A stretch of DNA of 64,000 bases from contig OX597825.1 of NCBI GenBank assembly GCA_951406725.2, forward strand, positions 82,832,001 through 82,896,000, read 5' to 3'. The position numbers and the translations under genes were made by a program. The notes below the pieces were generated by a model. It ran no database searches. It saw only the letters and a program-made list of their open reading frames with translations, and was not told where the DNA came from. Source of the stretch: Octopus vulgaris. Lineage: Eukaryota. Shown one piece after another: positions 53,377 through 64,000 of the stretch (position 1 is its first letter; each line of letters opens with the position of its first letter).

Positions 53377-54539
53377 GTTTGCATATAATATTTTTATTGT
53401 CGTTCTTGCAGTCGCTTTTAAATATTCATGGTGTTAACTTTACAATTAATTTCTGATCTCTGTACTAAAAGAGCTTTAGATTTCAAGTTACGTAACTCAA
53501 CCATATTGAAATATTGTATATCGTATTAAAAATAATTTGAAATATAACAAAGTAGAATCTTTTATTGGGTCCTCATAAAAATAAGATGTTTAAGATGTTA
53601 CAAAATAGATTTCGTCACTTATTTTAAATCCATTTCATCTTTGTGAAATCTTTGTAGTGTCTTTTGATCTTTCTCAATAAATTTATTTTCTCGCACAAAT
53701 GACGGTTGATGACATCTAAGAGAAAAAACTAATATAAAAAAAAACATTTTTCCTTTAAATTATGCATTTTATATATATTTTTTTTTGTCAAATTTGATAT
53801 AAAAGAAATTTATATTTATAACAAATTTTTCTAAGGTAAATATTAATTTTAAGGTTATATCAAATTAAATATTTTGGCAGCGAAAAGTTAGGAATTGCTA
53901 GATCGATTTATAGAACTTCATGATAGTTCTTCCCCGCTTTCACCCTTTGAATGCAATTCCTAGTTAAGTATAAACTGATTTTCGCCATTTTGGATTCTAT
54001 AACGATAAAACTAGAGCAAGCTCGGGATCCATACTTGTCGCTCCTTGTATCGCTTTCTCTTTCTCCATCTCCCCATCTCTCACACTCTCGTTCTCGCTCT
54101 CTCTCTATCTCTGTCTCTGTCCATCTCCCTATCTGTGTGTCTCCGTCTGTCTGTCTGTATGTATGTCTCTCTCTCTTTCTCCCATCTCAATTCAGCTAAG
54201 TTACAACGAAGCAGAGTATTCCCATCCCCCATTTCCCTTTTAAATATCAACATTAACCGCTCATCTACTGCAAAAAAAGAGTACATCTTAATGCACTGAA
54301 ATATTTTTCACGGGTGGAGGGCTTGACTAATGCAGCAAAAATGGAAGAATATGGAATACAATAAGACGTTAAAGTAATGATATTTTGCTTGAATTTTTTT
54401 CTGGTAAAAGAACCGTTATAGTAACTAAATTTGAAAAAAATATATATTTAGGGTCATGCAAACGGACACTCACTTACTAACAGCTATACACTTTCCATGA
54501 GTTTAAATCCCTATAGCCGATTAACTTTATGCAGTGAAA

Positions 54540-54660
54540 TGGTTTTCCCTATCACTAACTGAGGAAGGAAGGAATTTAGGCTTCTCTGAGGACGTTAAAT
54601 CAGTCTGAAACGTATGCGCATTTATCACCTTGTATGCCAAAAAATAGATTATATGAATAG
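54540..54660 (+). mobile_element. Penelope-like terminal fragment with hammerhead-like core
   Basis: CTGAGGA-cgttaaatcagtct-GAAA-cgta at 54586-54614. Confidence 0.4.
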
Positions 54661-55107
54661 CAATATTTGATATATTCTTGTCACAGGATAAACAGTATTA
54701 ATTGATTAGACATTAATATGATGGTTTATACCCTAATGAATCGCATGTTCTGTAAATAATTAGAGAACAACTAACAAAATTTGAACACGACATTACGAGA
54801 ACTGGAGAACTGTTTCTTTGAACCATGTAGTATATGATGGAGTAGACGTTGGGATTCAAGCCTTCCAGCAATGAAAATCATGTCTTGATCACATGTCGCA
54901 TCTGATTCTGTGGATACAATACATTAAGGCATTCCAGCTGTGACAAATCATTTTGTTCCTAAGTATTTTGTACCCAGGTTCAACTAATCTACTACGTAAT
55001 AGTCTTTTTAGATAGTAGGACATTATTTGAGGTCCTCTTGGTTGTTATTTCAAGCAGGTTGCTAGCGGCTCCAGTGACCCTGTAAAGGAAACCATGGCAT
55101 CAGAACA

Positions 55108-55333
55108 TACTCTACTCTCTTTACTCTTTCATTTGTTTCAGTGATTTGACTGCAGCCATGCTGGAGCACCACCTTTAGTCGAGCAAATCTACCGGAGGAC
55201 TTATTCTTTGTAAGCCTAGTACTTATTCTATCGATCTCTTTTGCCGAACCGCCAAGTTACGGGGACACAAACACACCAGCATCAGTTATCAAGCGATGTT
55301 GGGGGGAAAAACACACTCACACACATACACACA

Positions 55334-55398
<65 letters not shown>

Positions 55399-55562
55399 CG
55401 ACGGGATTTTTTCAGTTTCTGTCTAACAAATCCACTCACAACACTTTGGTCGGCACGTGGCCAAAGTAGAAGACACTTGCCCAAGGTGCCAAGCAGTGGG
55501 ACTGAAGCCGGAACCACATGGTTGGTGAGCAAGCTGCTTACCACACACCTACCCCTGTGCCT
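55108..55562 (-). mobile_element. Full-length tRNA-derived SINE-B with internal (CA)n(TA)n
   Basis: Minus-strand head gtgtggtaagcagcttgctcaccaaccatgtggttccggcttcagtccc, core ccttgggcaagtgtctt, internal microsatellite, and a (GAGTA)-like tail. Confidence 0.88.
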
Positions 55563-56230
55563 GGTAACAGTTGGTATCAGAATTCCAACATAAAGTGCTA
55601 ACCTGGAAACCACGATCTGCCAAACATGTATGTCAAATCTCTCTCATATTAGGCACAACTATCTTAAAATAGGAAGTCGTATTGGATAAAAGAGGGACTT
55701 TCTCACTTGGGTTAGTTTTTAACAAAAGTGTTCGACGATAGAGGGCGTAATCAAGAAGCTACTACTTCGATTCACTGCAAACTGTGTGTAGATTTTGGTA
55801 CACGTTTAAAAAAATGGAACTATATTAAAAATGGCGGCATGGGGAGAGTGTCATGGCTTCCACTGTTAATTGGAATTATGTCAGCTAATTTTCTACACGA
55901 GCGATTACATTATCAACAGATATTCCGCATTTGGTAAACAAAGTCACACATTCTATTTCCCGTTAATTATATATTATTCGTTCCAAACGAAAGAATCTAA
56001 CATGCTACAGGATATTTACAATGCTGTTACCGAAGCAAAAAGAACCGATACCATTTTGTCTTATTGTATTGTTCGGATAATAATGTTCCATATTTTATGA
56101 AAGAGTTAATGTGAACAAAATGTGTTGGAAATGGAGATGAAAAGCTATTAGTTATGTTTCAGTCTGGGCTGCGGGATTTACGGCTACATATTTTTGTATA
56201 CACTCTACATAGACCAGAATATATAAACGT

Positions 56231-56660
<430 letters not shown>

Positions 56661-56859
56661 GTGTTTCTGTTTGTGTGTTTATGTACACATATAAACATGC
56701 AACAGCATGAAGTATACCAAATATATCAAAAGCTGTTTCACAGTTGTCACCGATGAAGTGGTTTTCGATTTCATCGGTCATTTAATACTCTCTTTAAAAT
56801 GTCTTGTAAGATATCTATCTATCCATCCATTCATCCATCTGTGTGTGTATGTGTAAAGG

Positions 56860-57093
56860 TGTGTGGTTCTGTAGTTAGGTTCGACTCGCTGTCCTAGCGT
56901 CGTTGTTGTATTCTTGAGCAAAACGTTTAATCTCCCGTAGTTTCACTCATGTCTTTCGTTCAGTGGGGAGTGTTTGGCCATCTCGCCTGTCTACCGGTGT
57001 GGCATCATTTGAAGGCTAAAACGTTGCAAATGCATTGTGACCAGCGATGTGTAATAACAGCCGATAGTCTGCTCAGTCAGGTGATTACGTGAA
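56860..57093 (+). mobile_element. Degenerate SINE family E (3' fragment also at about 32555-32655)
   Basis: B-box-like ggttcgactc. The tail cattgtgaccagcgatgt...gatagtctg...gtgattacgtg is shared with 32590-32650. Confidence 0.55.
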
Positions 57094-57141
57094 ATATAAA
57101 CACACACACGTACATGCATACATATATATACACATAGTAAT

Positions 57142-57176
<35 letters not shown>

Positions 57177-57177
57177 C

Positions 57178-57268
<91 letters not shown>

Positions 57269-57801
57269 TTAACAATAATAATGTTTTGCTTTTTACTCAG
57301 AAGACCATAATTACACATTATAGTAAAATAGATAAATATAGAACTTAAAAAGATATACGACTTGTAAAAGAATTCGAAGTAAAAACTCAAATAGAGGGTA
57401 ATAGTGATGCACAAAGACAAAATTATATCGAATTTTGTGAAATATGATTTGTCTTAGATTTCTTAAAACATATGTCATAATGTTTATAAATATTAATGAA
57501 TTAGTTTTAATTCCACGATGCAGAGAAAATAATCAAACCAACACACCCATGTATGCGTACAGCTTTTATATTTCATTTAAATCTTGGTTTGAATTGCTAA
57601 AATTGTTGGTAGAGGTGTTTGACTCCTGAGGAGTACTCAAAGAGACGTGGAACCTTTCAGAGGAATATCGTTTGTTTTAAGTTTCAACGGAGAATAACAA
57701 GAGGAGATATATTGACATCCATTTAAATGTCAACAGATAAAAGCTCGAGACTTAAGTTTCAAACTTTCTGATTTTTCTTCAGCTGTCTACAACCTTCTGA
57801 A

Positions 57802-57838
<37 letters not shown>

Positions 57839-57861
57839 CTACATATAGCTACGTAAATGCA

Positions 57862-58276
57862 AGGCGCCGAGCTGGCAGAAACGTTAGCATGCCGGGCGAA
57901 ATGCGTAGCCGTAATTCGTCTGCCGTTACGTTCTGAGTTCAAATTCCGCCGAGGTCGACTTTGCCTTTCATCCTTTTGGGGTCGATAAATTAAGTACCAG
58001 TTATGCAGTGGGGTCGATGTAATCGACTTACTCCGTTTCTCTGTCCTTGTTTGTCCGCTTTATGTTTAGCCCCTTGTTGGTAGTAAAGAAATAAGTATTT
58101 CTTCTGTCGTTACGTTCTGAGTTCAAATTCCGCCGAGGTAGACTTTGCCTTTCATCCTTTCTGGATCGATAAATAGAGTACCAGTTTCGTACTGGGCTCG
58201 ATATAAGAGATTTAATCCCTTTGTCTGTCCTTGATTGTCCCCTCTACGTTTAGCCCCTTGTGGGCAATAAAGAAAT
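57862..58276 (+). mobile_element. Dimeric SINE-A (one head, two body and tail units)
   Basis: Unit 1 spans 57862-58093 and unit 2 runs from gtatttc at about 58095. The whole element is flanked by atatagcta(c/g)gtaa at 57843-57856 and 58277-58290. Confidence 0.88.
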
Positions 58277-59204
58277 ATATAGCTAGGTAACTGTATGTAT
58301 AAATGAATACATATAGACTTAGAGGACTGTATGTATACAAACATAAATTCTGCCATTAAGAAATACTGAGAGAAGAGAATATTTACTAAAATCTATTGGA
58401 TATAGTAAAACAATCTACATGAAGTCACACTTTAAGGAAAGAACGCGCTATTTAATGTAGATCTTGGATAACACAGAACGCAACATGACCGCGTTAGGAA
58501 TGCGCGTAAACACACAACTACTTGAATAGCGTTGTTCTGCGACGAAAGAACAACAACAACAACGACAAGTGGCAAAAAGAGATGGGATCAAATTACACTG
58601 AAACCATCGCTCGTTATGGCAAATGACCAATATTCTATATCACGACAACTCGCACAGATATATTTGTGCAGTGAAAGGCCGCAATAAAAACATTATTAGT
58701 GACACAATCATCGCATCTGTCTGAAAATCTATAAAACAGACATAACTACAAGAGTCTTCAACTTTTCAAAGACATTATGTGGAATAGCTGCGAACCGATT
58801 TCTGCAGAATTCTTCGTAGGTTCTCAATTTCAATTGCTCTCAGTGTTGTCTTGTGTAACTGGTTTGGTATTGTTCCAAGAAGTTTATGACATGTTTTTCA
58901 TTGGCATTTTTGGATTTTTCTGGTTTCTCTGGCCATGTGTAAATATTGTAGTAAGGCTGTAATTTTCTTCCCTTTGTGTATGTATTATACAGACTATCAA
59001 AATGTATGAAATCTTATGAATTAAAATCTGTTATAAATCTCTTGCGTTTATGAATCAATTTGTTCAGACAAATAATTTACCATATCTAAAATGAAGAATT
59101 ATTTTTATGGCAATTTTCTGATAAAACTCCCGACGTTTATATTTAATCTCTCCCCAAAACATAATCTGGGAGGAGTAATTAGAAAGGATTGGAACAGTTA
59201 TATA

Positions 59205-59440
59205 TCTATTTCTTTACCCCACACAAGAGGCTAAACATAGAGCGGACAAACAAGGACAAACATAGGTATTAAGTCGATTACATCGACCCCAGTGCGTAAC
59301 TGGTAATTAATTTATCGACCCCGAAAGGATGAAAGGCAAAGTCGACCTCGGCGGAATTTGAACTCACAACGTAACGCAGACGAAATACCGCTAAGCATTT
59401 CGCCCGGTGTGCTACCGTTTCTGCCACCTCGTCGCTTTGG
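59205..59440 (-). mobile_element. Full-length SINE-A with target-site duplication
   Basis: acagttatata direct repeats at 59194-59204 and 59443-59453. Confidence 0.9.
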
Positions 59441-59863
59441 CGACAGTTATATAACAGACCACATGCGAGAGAGTTCTGAAAGGATCCTGGCTGGAGTTGC
59501 GAATGGCCAGGTTAAAGGCTCAACATTCCGAGTTCTTTTACAGTGCTTAGTAAAATTGAGGGTCCAGTTACACCTAATGTGCTTCCATACAGTTCTTGTC
59601 TAGCAATTGTATCCACAGAGAATTCATCAGCCTGAGGGAGACTCTACAAGACTTACCTAACGTGTCACGCTGTGGAGCTCAATCCAATGCACTTAGTTGC
59701 AGAGGGAATTTCTTAACCACATACCACTGCCTACACACACACAAACGCGTACGTGCGCACGCACACACACACACATACACACACAAGTGCGCAACTAACA
59801 TTACCACTGAAACACTTGTAATTTTTCGTTGAACTCTATACCTATACAAGTGCACAATATATA

Positions 59864-61160
59864 TTAGGTCGAGTAAAAAGTATAAAAAATTTTTGAACGA
59901 TGAATTCGCACCCGAGTTTTGCAGAATTTTAAATTTTCTAAAAGATTTTTGCGCAATTGTCTGATAATATAGACAAAGACTTGCCAAATATAACGATAAA
60001 TTATAATTGATATTATTTTCACCGTGGTTACAATCAACAGAAATGGAACTATCAAAGTGCGATAGTCGAGCAATTTTGCAATTCAACTTCAAAATAGGAC
60101 GTAAAGCAGCCGAAACTGCTCGCTATATCAAGGAAGCGTTTGGTGAGGAAATGACCAGTGAGTGGTCAGCTCGAAAATAGTTTACACGATTTCGAAGTGG
60201 AGACCTGAGCCTTGAAGATCGTGAATGCAGTGCACGCCTATCTGACATCGATGACGGTCAATCAATTGACCGTCATCGAAGATAGCCATTGAGAAAGATC
60301 CACGTAAAACCACTCGATATCTGGCAAAAGAACTTCAAGTTAGTCAGAAAACAGCTTGCAACCATTTGCATGCGATCGGAAAATCAAAATAAGCTCGACA
60401 AATAGGTACCACACGATTTCAATGTAAAACACATAATGCGCAGGTATGAAATTTGCTCGTTGCTTCTTCTCAGTAACCAGACCGATACATTTCTCGACCG
60501 TATTGTAACCTGCGATGAAAAGGGATTCTGTACAATAATAAAAAAAAGTTCTTCGTAGTGGTTGGATCAAAATGAAGCACCAAAAAACTTTCCTGAACCC
60601 GAGTTCTTCACAAAGCAGGTTATTGAGACTGTTTGGTGTTTTACTGCTGCATTCATCCACTATTACTTCTTAAAACTCAGAAGGGCCATTATTGTAGAAA
60701 CATATTGCCATGAAATTGCCACAATGAACGAAACACTGCTACTCCTCTGCCCCAGACTGGTCAACAGAAGACGGCCAATCATTCATCATGACAATGGACG
60801 ACAACACGTTCCACCAATGACGCTCCAGAAGTTGAGAGAATTTGGCTACGAAATTCTTGCCCACTCAACTTATTTCCTAGACCTTTCTCCTACCGACTAC
60901 CGCTTTTTCAAGCTCCCTGATGGTTTCCTGCTAGAGAAGGAATTCTAAAATTAAACCAATGCTGAATGTGCGTACAAAGAGTTCAGCAGCTCCAGAACCC
61001 CATATTTTTATGTTACAGGACTATACAAACTTGTAACTCGTTGGCAAAATTGTGTTTATTGTAAAGGTACTTACTTTGATGAATAACATTTCTGCATTGT
61101 TGAAATATTTTGTGATGAATTTCGTGTTTCAAAACTTTACTTACTTTGTACTCAGCCTGA
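59864..61160 (+). mobile_element. Full-length (about 1.3 kb) mariner DNA transposon, inactive
   Basis: TA|TTAGGTCGAGTAAAAAGTA ... TACTTTGTACTCAGCCTGA|TA, giving imperfect TIRs and TA TSDs at canonical mariner length. Confidence 0.92.
60043..61086 (+). pseudogene. mariner transposase pseudogene (cecropia/Hsmar1-like, DD34D)
   Basis: MELSK..FKIGRKAAETARYIKEAFGE..FRSGDLSLED, DPRKTTRYLAKEL, VPHD, FLDRIVTCDEK, HHDNGRQH, DLSPTDYRFF, LVTRWQNCVYCKGTYFDE*. Several stops and frameshifts. Confidence 0.92.
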
Positions 61161-61837
61161 TATATTCTATAGTTTGTGGTTGTTTTATACGTTCATATCA
61201 ATTTTATTGTGTTCATATAAATTTTCTTTTTACATCAATATCACTTGGCATGGAGAAGATAAGAATTAAGTATTATGGAGAAATGAAGTCTTAGAGCGAT
61301 ATTGGAAAATAGAAATGTAGTTCTTGAAGCAACAAATAAGTGTTTATTTCACAAAGAGAATACAAAGTGAAAAACTGTATTTTAAAATATATCATCTCAA
61401 CTAGAGCAAAATTGATATTTTCCTACATCACAATATCGGAAGCCATTTATGTGCGGTTTGCATTGAATACAACTTAAAATTATTTCGAAACAACTTGCTT
61501 GCTGATAACATATAATGACCATTCATATGATATAGTTATCCGGTGGGGTTACATGGCCAAGTGATATTGTGGTCGCGAGATTGTGGTCTGCTCGTTCTTT
61601 CTTTGCGCAAGCACTCCGTCTTACGTTGTTCATCAATCACTTCCACCCATGACGTCTCCTACATTTGTTCAGGCACCGTCGATTTCTCTCCTATTTTTGT
61701 TCAGAACTGGCGGCGAGCTTGCAGAATTTTGTGCTGAAATTTGAAACCAATATCATACAGTAATGCACACAAAAAATCCTACAGACGAGGGTGCTGCCTG
61801 GACACATGTCATAAAAATTCAAGTAATTTGGTGTAAA

Positions 61838-62202
61838 TCTATATATATAAAGCTGAAGTTGTCTGTGTGTGGCAGGTTTGGCAGCCTTCAACTAACACTA
61901 TCTCCAAAATTAAGAGTATGATAGAAGAAGGCTTGCTCTTCTTTTCGTAGAAGAAACAAATTCAAATCGGACCATGTTAGCACCAAAACTTCTTTACATC
62001 AAAAAGATTATTTTTTTTCTATGAAAATCCCTATTTTTTTACGATTTTGTGACTGTTGTATCGCCATTTTCGGTGCATTTCAACCGGGAAAATGTTCACT
62101 TAAAGAGAATAACAAGCTACATAATGGAAAAGTTTTACTTTTCAAAAATTCTAATTTTAAAGGGTTGAAACAAACCCGAGCAACGCTGGGCTATATTGCT
62201 AC
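61838..62202 (+). mobile_element. Non-autonomous Helitron
   Basis: A|TCtatatatataaagctgaagttg start, 3' hairpin cccgagcaacgctggg then atattgCTAC|T. Colinear with 34711-35128. Confidence 0.8.
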
Positions 62203-63131
62203 TTATATTATAAAGGATGCTGCAGTGCTCAAGTAAGGATGCAGAGTTGTATCAGAATAAATCACCAAAAATGTTGCTTTCAATCTGAATTTTTGTTAAC
62301 TTTTGTTTCTATTTCTTTTTTTCTTTCTTTCTTTCTTGTTTCCTTATCTTTTGTTTTCTTTCCTTCTATTTTTTACAATCCGGATTTTATCGATTTGCGA
62401 TATATTTCTCTCAGGTGATAAAAAAGATACTTCTATTGTTTCTTTTGAGTACACAACCAAACCTACCCACACCACATCTACTGCTGTGTATATACGTAAT
62501 CGTCCACTTCTCTTATTCTTGAACTCTGAATAAATAAAAATGTGTACCAACAAATTTCACCTGAATAAGAACGCTCTCTAAAGCAGGTTTCTTCTGCGGA
62601 TGTCGATTTCGTGTTCAGCATCTTTTTGTGTTTCCCAGCGTTATGGAATAAGCAAATCTCTCTCGTATTGTCCTTGATTTTTCATTTATACACACAACGC
62701 TTGGTTGTATACTTTGTCACATATACCTTTTTCTTTTTCAAATTAACATTACTTTTTTTGTACCTGCCAAAATGTCACTACATATTTATTCTTGAGAAAC
62801 ACGTATCCTACAGTGTAGCGTGAAGGAGCATTGACAGTAAGTTTGAGATAAGTAGTCTTAGCGAAACAGGTGTCAACAGAGGGGGGGATGTCTAAAATCA
62901 GAAATTCTTTCTGCCTCTAGTTTTGGTAAAAGAAAAAAATTGACACTTTCGGAAGGTTCTGTACTTGAAACATTATCCTTCACACAAAATTGTCATATAT
63001 TCAATGCAACAAAGCAAGGTTGGGGATAAATTGAATAGGAGCGGAAAACGAAGGTATCTCTACGAAAAGTTCGAATACGAAGAAGAAAATTAACAACATC
63101 AAAAACAGCAACAAAAACAACATCAACAACA

Positions 63132-63200
<69 letters not shown>

Positions 63201-63221
63201 TAGTAATAATGATAATAATTC

Positions 63222-63434
63222 TTTTTACTCTAGATACAAGGTTTAAATTTTGTGGAGATGATCATTGTCAATTAAATTGACTCCCATGCTTGACTGGAAC
63301 CTATATTATAGAACCTCGAAAGGGTAACGTGTAAGATTGGCGTCGACCACATTAGAACTTAGAACGTAGAGCCGAAGGAACTGTTGCTATGTATATTGTC
63401 TGGCGAGGCTAAGACTCTGCCCGCTCGCCGCCTT
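63222..63434 (-). mobile_element. Degenerate SINE-A between (AAT)n tracts
   Basis: Ends ctctgcccgctcgccgcc, and the decayed core is still recognisable. Confidence 0.65.
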
Positions 63435-63435
63435 A

Positions 63436-63503
<68 letters not shown>

Positions 63504-63516
63504 TAATAATAATAAT

Positions 63517-63690
63517 GTGCTGTTTATCTTGATATGAGATCACCATGTCGCGCACATATGGTTGAAATGCATGTGCCTAGTGTATCCTTACCAGACGGGT
63601 AGTCGTGATGGGTATACTGGGCTTCGTATATTTTACCACAGTGTCACTTTGATGGCATGTACTGCTTTCTCACTCAATAATAATAATAAT
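63517..63690 (+). mobile_element. Probable non-LTR element 3' UTR inserted in (TAA)n
   Basis: A 160-bp complex sequence bounded on both sides by AAT repeats and ending ctcactcaataataat. There is no coding remnant, so the family is inferred. Confidence 0.4.
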
Positions 63691-63720
63691 AATTATGATA
63701 ATAAAGATAACGAGGACGGC

Positions 63721-63751
<31 letters not shown>

Positions 63752-63780
63752 ATGTTCATGATGATGATGATGATGATGAC

Positions 63781-63812
<32 letters not shown>

Positions 63813-63829
63813 ATGATGAAGATGATGAA

Positions 63830-63863
<34 letters not shown>

Positions 63864-63880
63864 TTAGTGAAGATGAAGAG
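63690..63880. repeat. (GAT)n microsatellite
   Basis: Directly visible, and the source of the poly-D/poly-M ORFs. Confidence 0.9.
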
Positions 63881-64000
63881 CTCGATTCGATTGTAATAGA
63901 CATTTTATTGGTTGAATGATATTTCGACCGTAAACCTGTCTTTGTCGAGTTCAAAATAAGAAGTGATAAAAATTAAAAATTATAGAAATTTAAATTTAAA

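Noticed and set aside
60562-60948. SETMAR-like domesticated gene
   Set aside because: Lies inside a TIR-bounded mariner with multiple stops and frameshifts, and no SET domain is nearby.

Overview
AT-rich, extremely microsatellite-dense eukaryotic DNA. The SINE families and the (TA)n/(CA)n/(ATT)n/(ATCT)n landscape suggest a coleoid cephalopod, probably Octopus (inference from pattern recall, not a database search). Only one intact protein-coding gene is supported: a class A (rhodopsin-like) peptide-type GPCR with a single coding exon on the minus strand (about 29041-30273). Most of the rest is a transposon graveyard. It includes a full-length dead mariner (59864-61160), mariner and pogo MITEs, three non-autonomous Helitrons, and fragments of HERO, R4/Dong, RTE, CR1-like and Penelope-like retroelements. 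There are also many tRNA-derived SINEs and a 5S rRNA-derived copy. Almost all other ORFs in the track are microsatellite artefacts. The most interesting signals are (i) short Penelope-type termini and fold-backs with hammerhead-like cores sitting in (TA)n tracts, (ii) a possible 5S+tRNA chimeric SINE, (iii) SINE multimers that join at the same internal site, and (iv) an RTE insertion whose apparent target-site duplication also encloses extra 3' sequence. Element names and coordinates were read by eye, and the boundaries of degenerate elements are approximate.
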